Origin: Pseudonocardia sp.
GTDB lineage: Bacteria; Actinomycetota; Actinomycetes; Mycobacteriales; Pseudonocardiaceae
Strand: one strand, 5' to 3'
DNA length: 64,000 nt
Assembly: GCF_036402515.1 (NCBI RefSeq)
Contig: NZ_DASWST010000247.1
A program made the translations under genes and the position numbers. Below, piece by piece: positions 57,023 to 64,000 of the stretch. The notes beneath the pieces are model-generated. The model was not told the DNA's origin, did not search any database, and was given only the letters and a program-made list of their open reading frames with translations. Each line of letters opens with the position of its first letter. Positions within the stretch are counted from its first letter, which is position 1.

Positions 57023-58210
57023 TCAGTGGGCCGGTACGCCGCTGCCGAGGGTTGCCCCGGCGCCCACCAACCGGCGTGGCCGGACCGATCCGGCCAGGAG
57101 CAGCAGCAGGCCGGCGGCGGTGACCGCCGCGCCCACCCAAAGCGGCGAGGTGAAGCCCAGGCCGGCGCCGATGGCCAGCCCGCCCAACCATGCGCCCAGC
57201 GCGTTGCCCACGTTGAACGCCGCGATGTTCGCACCCGAGGCCATCGTCGGCGCCTCCTTGGCGTAACCCATGATGCGCAGCTGCAGGCCGGGCACCGTGG
57301 CGAAGCCCACCACGCCCATCAGCAGCAGCGAGACCACCGTCATCACCTTGCTGTGCGCGGTCAGCGCGAAGACCACGAGCACCACGGTCAGCAGGGCGAG
57401 CGTGACCACCAGCGCCGGGTTGAGGGCCCGGTCAGCGGCCCGCCCACCGGCGAAGTTGCCCACGAACAGGCCGACGCCGAACACCACGAGCAGCCACGGC
57501 ACCATCGTGGACGCGAACCCGGAGACCTCGGTGAGGGTGAACGCGATGTAGGTGAACGCGCCGAACATCCCGCCGAAGCCGAGCACCGTGACGCCGGCCG
57601 ACAGCCACACCTGCGGCCGGCGGAACACCCGCAGCTCGCCGCGCAGCCCGGTCGCGGTGGACGCGGGCGTCGGCGGCACCAGCAGCTGGATGCCGGCCAG
57701 CGCGACCACGCCGATGATGGTGATCGCCCAGAAGGTCGAACGCCAGCCCAGTTGCTGGCCGAGCAGGGTGCCCAGCGGCACGCCGAGCACGTTCGCCGCC
57801 GTCAGCCCGGTGAACATCAGCGCGATGGCACCGGCCCGCTTGTTCGGCGCGACCATGTCCGCCGCGACCACCGCCCCGACGCCGAAGAACGCACCGTGAC
57901 ACAGCGCCGCGACGATCCGGCCGACCATCAGCAAGGAGTAGGTGGGCGCGATCGCGGAGATCAGGTTGCCCGCGATGAACAGCACCATCAGCGACAGCAG
58001 CACCTTCTTGCGATCGAACCGGGTGACGGCCGCGGTGAGCCCGATGCCGCCGACCGCGACACTCAGCGCGTACCCGGAGATGAGGTATCCGGCCACCGGC
58101 TCTGAGACATGAAAGTCGGCCGCGATCTCAGGCAGCAGGCCCATGATCCCGAATTCGGTGAGGCCGATGCCGAAGCCCCCCAGCGCCAGGGCGAGAAGCC
58201 CGTAAGGCAT
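57023..58210 (-). CDS. MFS efflux transporter (DHA1/AraJ-like)
   Basis: GFGIGLTEF..MGLLP, HGAFFG, ANVLGVPLG, GWR; RBS GGAGG. Confidence 0.92.
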   Translation of the reverse strand: MPYGLLALALGGFGIGLTEFGIMGLLPEIAADFHVSEPVAGYLISGYALSVAVGGIGLTAAVTRFDRKKVLLSLMVLFIAGNLISAIAPTYSLLMVGRIVAALCHGAFFGVGAVVAADMVAPNKRAGAIALMFTGLTAANVLGVPLGTLLGQQLGWRSTFWAITIIGVVALAGIQLLVPPTPASTATGLRGELRVFRRPQVWLSAGVTVLGFGGMFGAFTYIAFTLTEVSGFASTMVPWLLVVFGVGLFVGNFAGGRAADRALNPALVVTLALLTVVLVVFALTAHSKVMTVVSLLLMGVVGFATVPGLQLRIMGYAKEAPTMASGANIAAFNVGNALGAWLGGLAIGAGLGFTSPLWVGAAVTAAGLLLLLAGSVRPRRLVGAGATLGSGVPAH

Positions 58211-58427
58211 GTAAAACCCTCCAACTAAGCGTGCGCGGGTATCAAGCTTCTGCAAGTATCGGCGCACGCGGGCTACCCGCGCAAGCGACCATAGCCCAGA
58301 TCACAGGAGCACGGCCCCGCCCGCATCACCGCGCGGGGCGGGTCAACCCGTTGGGGGCTCGCGGGTGCTGGTATCTGACGTGGACACGGTCCGGTCGGTG
58401 AACTCGGGCGGAAGCGGCACGCTCAAG

Positions 58428-59492
58428 TCAGGCGCCGAGGAATTGCAGCACCGCGGTGGTGAACTCGGTGGTGGTCGCGCTGCCGCCCAGGTCCGGGGTG
58501 CGGATGTCGGTCTTGGCCAGTACACCGGCGATCGCCGCGGTGACCTCCGCCGCGGCGGCCGGATGGCCCAGGTGCTCGAGCATCATCGCCGCCGTCCAGA
58601 TCGCCCCGATCGGATTGGCCACCCCGCGCCCGGCGATGTCCGGCGCCGAACCGTGCACCGGCTCGAACATGGAGGGGAACTCCCGCTCCGGATTGATGTT
58701 GGCGGCCGGCGCCATCCCGATGCTGCCGGCCAGCGCGGCGGCCAGGTCGCTCAGGATGTCGCCGAACAGGTTCGAGGCGACGATCACGTCGAACCGGGCC
58801 GGGTCCAGTACGAGCTTGGCGGCCAGCGCGTCGATGTGCTCGGCGTTCCAGCTGACCGTCGGGTAGGCCGCGGCCCGCTCGGTGACGACCTGGTCCCAGA
58901 ACGGCATGGTGTGCACGATCCCGTTGGACTTGGTCGCCGAGGTCAACTGGCCGGCGCGGCGGGTGGCCAGCTCGAACGCGTAGTCCGCGATCCGGGTGAT
59001 CCCGGCGCGGGTGAACACCGCCTCCTGGATCGCCATCTCCTCCGGGAACCCGCGCCCGTAGCGGCCGCCGACCTCGCTGTACTCCCCCTCCACGTTCTCC
59101 CGCACCACCACCAGGTCCACCTCGCCGGCGGTGGCGGTGCGCAGCGGGCTGGGTACGCCCTCGAACACCTTGATCGGGCGCAGGTTCACGTACTGCCGGA
59201 AGCCGCGGCGGATCGGGATGAGCAGACCCCACAGCGATATGTGATCGGGCACTCCGGGCGCCCCCACCGCGCCGAGGAAGATCGCGTCGAACGGGCGCAG
59301 CTGATCCAGTCCGTCCTCCGGCATCATCGCGCCCTCCCGCTGGTAGCGGGCGCAGGACCAGTCGAACTCGCGGTAGCTGAACGTGACATCGTGGCGGGCG
59401 CCCACCGCATCCAGAACCTCGCGGGCGGGCGGGCACACCTCCTGCCCGATGCCGTCGCCGGGGATGACTGCAATGCGGTGGGTGCTGGCCAT
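58428..59492 (-). CDS. Tartrate dehydrogenase/decarboxylase (IDH/IPMDH family)
   Basis: IAVIPGDGIG.EV, PDHISLWGLL, SATKSNGI, NLFGDILSD, FEPVHGSAPDIAG. Confidence 0.9.
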   Translation of the reverse strand: MASTHRIAVIPGDGIGQEVCPPAREVLDAVGARHDVTFSYREFDWSCARYQREGAMMPEDGLDQLRPFDAIFLGAVGAPGVPDHISLWGLLIPIRRGFRQYVNLRPIKVFEGVPSPLRTATAGEVDLVVVRENVEGEYSEVGGRYGRGFPEEMAIQEAVFTRAGITRIADYAFELATRRAGQLTSATKSNGIVHTMPFWDQVVTERAAAYPTVSWNAEHIDALAAKLVLDPARFDVIVASNLFGDILSDLAAALAGSIGMAPAANINPEREFPSMFEPVHGSAPDIAGRGVANPIGAIWTAAMMLEHLGHPAAAAEVTAAIAGVLAKTDIRTPDLGGSATTTEFTTAVLQFLGA

Positions 59493-59568
59493 GCTCACAT
59501 CACACCAAGTCGCCCCGCCCCGCGTCCAAGACGGGGTGCCGACCAGCCTGATACCCAGGCCCAATCAC

Positions 59569-59590
59569 CCGTGAGTGGCAAGCGTTGCTA
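59569..59590. repeat. Half copy of the 44-bp palindrome
   Basis: CCGTGAGTGG-CAAGCGTT-GCTA, after which similarity ends at the symmetry centre. Confidence 0.75.
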
Positions 59591-59659
59591 CACGCTCGCC
59601 CTGGCCGGCTCCACCAGCGCGCGGGCCGACCCGGTGTGTGCGGTCAGCGGGGCGCCCGG

Positions 59660-61330
59660 TCAGGCGCGAATGAGGTCGGCGGCCTTTTCCCCGATCATCA
59701 TGCAGGTGATGTTGGGGTTGATCGCCGGGAGGAACGGCATGATCGACGCGTCGGCCACTCGCAGGCCCTGGACGCCACGGACGCGGAGCTGGGGGTCCAC
59801 CACGGCGAGCGAGTCGGAGTCCGGGCCCATCTTGGCGGTGCAGGCCGGGTGGTAGACGGTGTTGTGCGTCTTGGTGATGTAGTCGATCAGCTCGTCGTCG
59901 GTGACCGCGTCCGGGCCCGGAGCCAGCTCGGCGGCGATCCACTCCTTGAGGGTGGGCTGCTCGGCGATGCGGCGGGCCAGCTTCACTCCGGTCAGCATCA
60001 CCGTCATGTCGTGGTCGTCCGGGTCGGTGAAGTAGCGCGGGTCCACCCGCGCCCGGTCCCGGAAATCCCGGCTGCGCAGCTTCACCGTGCCGCGCGAGCG
60101 CCCCCGGGTGACGTTCGGCGTCAGGCAGAATCCGTTGTCGGTGGACGGGTATCCCCAGCGCACCGTGTTCAGGTCGAACGGCACCGAGCCGTAGTGCATC
60201 ATCAGGTCCGGCCGGTCCAGGCCTGGCCGGGTGCGGGTGAACAGCCCGATCTCCCACCACTGGGTGGACGTGGTGACCATCGGCCGGGCCGCGTCCCACA
60301 TCACCAGGCCCTCCACATGGTCGTCCAGGTTCTCCCCCACCCCTGGCGAGTCCACCAGCACCTCGACCCCGAACTCGCGCAGCTGCTCGGCCGGCCCGAT
60401 CCCGGAGAGCATCAGCAACTTGGGGGTGTCGATCGCTCCCGAGGAGAGGATCACCTCGCGCCGGGCGCCGAGCACGACCCGCCCCGGACCGATGCCGAAC
60501 TGGTACTCCACCCCGGTGGCCCGCCGGTCACTGTCGAACAGCACCCGGGAGGCCCAGGCGTCGGTGCGTACCTCCAGGTTCGGCCGGCTGCCCAGGATGG
60601 GGTGCAGGTACGCGTGCGAGGAGGACATCCGGGTGTTGTCCGCCGAGGCGTTGATCTGGAAGAAACCGGCGCCCTCGCACACCGTGCTGCCCTCGTTGAA
60701 CCGGACGGTGGGCAGCCCCACGGCCGCCGCCGCCTCCAGCACCGCCACCCCGCACGGGTCATCCGGCGGAATCTGCCGGAGGTTGACCGGGCCGGATCGG
60801 CCGTGCCCCTCCCACAGGCCGTCGTTCGTCTCCAGCCGGCGGATCAGTGGCCAGCACTCGTCGGCGGTCCAGCCGGTACAGCCCTGGGCCGCCCACTCGT
60901 CGAGGTCCTCCTTCGGCGTCCAGAAGGCGATGCAGGAGTTGTGCGACGAGCAGCCGCCCAGCACCCGGGCCCTGGCGTGGCGCATGAACGAGTTGCCCCG
61001 CTGCTGCGGCTCTACCGGGTAGTCCCAGTCGTAGCCGGAGTCCAGCAGGTACATCCACTCGGAGAGGCGCAGGATGTTCGGGTCGTCGACGTCGGTGGGG
61101 CCGGCCTCGAGCAGGCACACCGTCACCGACGGGTCCTCGGACAGCCGGGCGGCCAGCGCGCACCCGGACGATCCGCCGCCGACCACGATGTAGTCGAACT
61201 CCTCGCTCGGCGCCCTTGATTCGCTCGTTGCCTCGCTCCGTGCCGATGATTCGCTCGTTGCCTCGCTCCGTGCCGATGATTCGCTCGTTGCCTCGCTCCG
61301 TGCCGATGATTCGCTCGTTGCCTCGCTCAT
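59660..61330 (-). CDS. codA: Choline oxidase (GMC oxidoreductase)
   Basis: VGGGSSG, ARVLGGCSSHNSCIAFW (covalent-FAD His motif), STQWWE, HNTVYHP, NPN. Confidence 0.88.
   Translation of the reverse strand: MSEATSESSARSEATSESSARSEATSESSARSEATSESRAPSEEFDYIVVGGGSSGCALAARLSEDPSVTVCLLEAGPTDVDDPNILRLSEWMYLLDSGYDWDYPVEPQQRGNSFMRHARARVLGGCSSHNSCIAFWTPKEDLDEWAAQGCTGWTADECWPLIRRLETNDGLWEGHGRSGPVNLRQIPPDDPCGVAVLEAAAAVGLPTVRFNEGSTVCEGAGFFQINASADNTRMSSSHAYLHPILGSRPNLEVRTDAWASRVLFDSDRRATGVEYQFGIGPGRVVLGARREVILSSGAIDTPKLLMLSGIGPAEQLREFGVEVLVDSPGVGENLDDHVEGLVMWDAARPMVTTSTQWWEIGLFTRTRPGLDRPDLMMHYGSVPFDLNTVRWGYPSTDNGFCLTPNVTRGRSRGTVKLRSRDFRDRARVDPRYFTDPDDHDMTVMLTGVKLARRIAEQPTLKEWIAAELAPGPDAVTDDELIDYITKTHNTVYHPACTAKMGPDSDSLAVVDPQLRVRGVQGLRVADASIMPFLPAINPNITCMMIGEKAADLIRA
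61218..61330. repeat. 30-bp MIRU-like tandem repeat at the permease/choline oxidase junction
   Basis: GATTCGCTCGTTGCCTCGCTCCGTGCCGAT three times plus a partial unit; encodes SEATSESSAR; includes the ATGA stop/start overlap. Confidence 0.9.
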
Positions 61331-62919
61331 GCCTTCTCCCCCGGGTTCGTCGCGTCCAGGTCCAGCTGCTTGGCCATGTGCTCCGGCAGGCAGCCGAGCT
61401 GCTGGCGCCCCCGGGCGAAGAACCAGGCGAGCCCGATCGCCACGATGGCCCCGATGAAGATGAACGCGATCCAGCGCAGCGCTCCGGTGCCGTAGACCGC
61501 CTCGCGCGGCCAGGCCAGGTTGAGCGCCATCCCGCCGCCCCACAGCACCGCGATGATGTTCACCGGCAGCCCCCACCTGCCCAGCGAGAAGTAGCCGCTC
61601 CGCTTGCCGTCCGCGTCCGGCCACTCGCCGCGCAGTCGCTTGATCAGCAGCGGGCCGGTGACCAGCACGTAGGCCACGTAGATCATGATCACCGCGACGC
61701 TGGTGACCGCGGTGAAGATCTCCGGGGTGCCGATGTTGACCACCAGGATCAGCACCGAAGCGATGCCGATCACGATCGCCGGCACCACCGGTGTCTTGCG
61801 CTTCGGGTCGATCTTGGCCAGCGTCGCCCCGGCCGGCAACGCGTTGTCCCTGGCCATCGCGAACATCAGCCGGATCGCCGCCGTGTGCACCGCCAGGGCA
61901 CACACCGTGACCGCGACGACGGCCGCGATCAGGAAGACGGTGCCGACGCCGCCGCCGAGCGCCTGCAGGACGATCAGCTGCAGCCCGCCGCCGGCGGTGC
62001 CCAGCTTGGGGTCGTGCAGATCGGGCGCGGCGAGGATGCCGAACATCAGGATCAGCCCGCCGAGGATGAACGAGGCGATGACCGCCCGCAGGATGGCCGA
62101 CGGGGCGGTCCGCCTCGGGTCGACGGTCTCCTCCCCCAGCGAGCTGGCGGTGTCGAAGCCGTACATGACGTACGCCGAGGCCAGCGCCGCGACCAGGAAG
62201 GCGCCCAGGTAGCCGAACGGGTGGGTGGCCCCCAGGTCGTGGGTGTCGAACAGCACTGTCGGCGGGTTGACGATGTTGATCCCGAGCAGCACCACCAGCA
62301 GCACGGCCGCGATCAGCTCGATGAAGACCCCGGCGCTGTTGATCCGGGTCATCAGCTTGACCCCGAACGCGTTCACCATCGTGGTGAAGCTGATCAGGAT
62401 CGCGCCCCAGAGCACCGCGTCGAGCCCGAAGCTCGCCCCGGTGCCGTCACCGATCAGCTGGAAGCCGCTCCAGATCTGCGGCAGCGTGATCTGGTAGGAA
62501 AGCGCGACCGCCGCGAGGGTGACCACCGACGCGGTGAACATCATCCAGCCGGCCAGCCAGGCCGTCGCCGACCCGGCCAGCTGCTTGGACCAGTTGTAGA
62601 CCGAACCGGCCACCGGGTACCGCCCGGCCAGCTCGGCGAAGCACAGCGCGATCATCAGCTGACCGATGAACACCATCGGCCAGGACCACCAGTAGGCCGG
62701 CCCACCGAGGCCCAGGCCGAAGTAGAACAGCTGGAAGGTGCCGGTCAGGATCGAGATGTAGCTGATCCCGGCGGCGAAACTGGCGAACTTGCCGATGGAT
62801 CTGTCCAACGACTGGTTGTAGCCGAACTCGGCGAGACCGTGGTCGGCGCCATGATCGGTTGGGCCTGTCCCGCCGGAGCCTGTCTCCGCTGAGCCCGACC
62901 CGTCCTGAGTGGTGGTCAT
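61327..62919 (-). CDS. APC-family amino acid/amine permease (probable choline uptake)
   Basis: FASFAAGISYISI, AELA..YP.AG, YGFD...LGEET, FA.ARD; between ALDH and choline oxidase. Confidence 0.88.
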   Translation of the reverse strand: MTTTQDGSGSAETGSGGTGPTDHGADHGLAEFGYNQSLDRSIGKFASFAAGISYISILTGTFQLFYFGLGLGGPAYWWSWPMVFIGQLMIALCFAELAGRYPVAGSVYNWSKQLAGSATAWLAGWMMFTASVVTLAAVALSYQITLPQIWSGFQLIGDGTGASFGLDAVLWGAILISFTTMVNAFGVKLMTRINSAGVFIELIAAVLLVVLLGINIVNPPTVLFDTHDLGATHPFGYLGAFLVAALASAYVMYGFDTASSLGEETVDPRRTAPSAILRAVIASFILGGLILMFGILAAPDLHDPKLGTAGGGLQLIVLQALGGGVGTVFLIAAVVAVTVCALAVHTAAIRLMFAMARDNALPAGATLAKIDPKRKTPVVPAIVIGIASVLILVVNIGTPEIFTAVTSVAVIMIYVAYVLVTGPLLIKRLRGEWPDADGKRSGYFSLGRWGLPVNIIAVLWGGGMALNLAWPREAVYGTGALRWIAFIFIGAIVAIGLAWFFARGRQQLGCLPEHMAKQLDLDATNPGEKA

Positions 62920-62935
62920 GGGAACCTCCGCTGGA

Positions 62936-64000
62936 TCAGCCCTTGAACCACCTCAGTGGCGTGGGGGCGGTGTTCTGCCAGATGTGCTTGGCCTCGCGGT
63001 ACTCGGCCAGTCCGGTCGGGCCGAGTTCTCGGCCGTTTCCGGAGCGCTTGAACCCGCCCCACTCCGCCTGCGGCACGTAGGGGTGGTAGTCGTTGATCCA
63101 CACGGTGCCGTGCCGCAGCGCCCCGGCCACGCGGTGTGCCCGGCCCATGTCGCTGGTCCACACCGCACCAGCCAGGCCGTAGTCGGTGTCGTTGCCCAGC
63201 GCGAGGGCCTCGGCCTCGTCGGCGAACCGCTCCACGGTGAGGATCGGGCCGAAGGTCTCCTCGCGGATCACCCGCATGTTGCGGTGGCAGTCGGCGAACA
63301 GGGTGGGCCGGTAGAAGAAGCCCTTCTGCAGCTCGGGGTCGTCGGGCCGCTTCCCGCCGGCGACCAGCCGGGCGCCCTCGTCCAGCGCCGAGGCCACGTA
63401 GGCCTCCACCTTCGCCCGGTGCGCGGCGGACACCAGCGGCCCCGACTCGGACTCCGGGTCCAGGCCGTTGCCCAGCCGGATCTTCCCGGCGCGGCGGCCG
63501 ACCTCGGCGACGAACTCGTCGTGGATCTCGTTCTGCACGATCAGCCGGGCGCCAGCCGAGCAGACCTGGCCGGAGTGCAGGAACACCGCGGTGAGCGCGT
63601 AGTCCAGCGCGGCCTCCTGGTCGGCGTCCGCGAAGACGATGTTGGGGTTCTTCCCGCCCAGCTCCACGGCGACCTTCTTCACCGTGTCCGCGCTGGCCCG
63701 GATGATCGACTGCCCGGTGGAGAGGCCGCCGGTGAACGAGACCATGTCCACCTCGGGGTGGGACACCAGCGGGGCGCCGACCGACGGGCCGTCGCCGAGC
63801 ACCAGATTCACCACGCCACGCGGCGCCCCGGCCTCCTCGAGCAGCCGGACCAGCTTGACCGAACTGAGCGGGGTGACCTCGCTGGGCTTGATCACCACGG
63901 TGTTCCCGGCGGCCAGCGCGGGGGCGACCTTCCAGGACAGCTGCAGCAGCGGGTAGTTCCACGGCGTGATCAGCGCGCAGACGCCGACCGGCTCGTAGAC
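62936..64000 (-). CDS. Betaine-aldehyde dehydrogenase-like ALDH, 5'-truncated by window edge
   Basis: PWNYP, KPSE, FTGG, ELGGKNP, GQVCSAG, EETFGP; operonic with choline oxidase. Confidence 0.9.
   Translation of the reverse strand, partial: VYEPVGVCALITPWNYPLLQLSWKVAPALAAGNTVVIKPSEVTPLSSVKLVRLLEEAGAPRGVVNLVLGDGPSVGAPLVSHPEVDMVSFTGGLSTGQSIIRASADTVKKVAVELGGKNPNIVFADADQEAALDYALTAVFLHSGQVCSAGARLIVQNEIHDEFVAEVGRRAGKIRLGNGLDPESESGPLVSAAHRAKVEAYVASALDEGARLVAGGKRPDDPELQKGFFYRPTLFADCHRNMRVIREETFGPILTVERFADEAEALALGNDTDYGLAGAVWTSDMGRAHRVAGALRHGTVWINDYHPYVPQAEWGGFKRSGNGRELGPTGLAEYREAKHIWQNTAPTPLRWFKG

Noticed and set aside
61218-61330. 30-bp repeats (also 16608-16900 and 6326-6501) as CRISPR arrays
   Set aside because: Units are directly adjacent without unique spacers, and no cas genes are present

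Overview
High-GC actinobacterial chromosomal segment; gene content and repeat style suggest Pseudonocardiaceae (inference). It holds about 57 protein-coding genes. I found no rRNA, tRNA, CRISPR array or recognisable transposase/integrase. Left to right: the 3' part of an ApbE / MsrQ-like / NuoF-like / ferredoxin electron-transfer operon; YggT and hypothetical genes; an acyl-CoA ligase/SDR/PucR catabolic cluster; an MFS transporter and an LLM monooxygenase; a secreted Pro-rich beta-helix protein; an out-of-context EF-P gene divergent from hrpB; a TDT/LysR pair; a fragmented cob region (cobH, cobK, cobL) interrupted by mdh, a serpin, TetR with a frameshifted MBL lipoprotein, a DUF1326-DUF2182 pair and a formamidase operon; a SigC-like ECF sigma with anti-sigma; esterase, double-GntR regulator and CoA ligase; an AlkZ-like glycosylase, methyltransferase, CoA transferase, JmjC-like protein, amidohydrolase, SDR and WrbA; an Arg-rich micro-ORF before an ABC exporter; PanE-like reductase, an orphan sugar transferase, MarR/MFS, tartrate dehydrogenase; and a choline-to-glycine betaine operon. 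The most notable observations are: a 44-bp palindromic repeat family with co-varying inner arms; a probable second EF-P beside polyproline proteins; a 36-aa Arg-rich peptide with its ABC exporter; a GGGAAC-N17-CGACTA promoter that may drive anti-sigma and cobL; an unannotated zinc-ribbon microprotein; MIRU-like and gene-end 'echo' repeats; and a -1 frameshift at a slippery-type heptamer. All functional calls come from motif recognition by eye; no searches were run.
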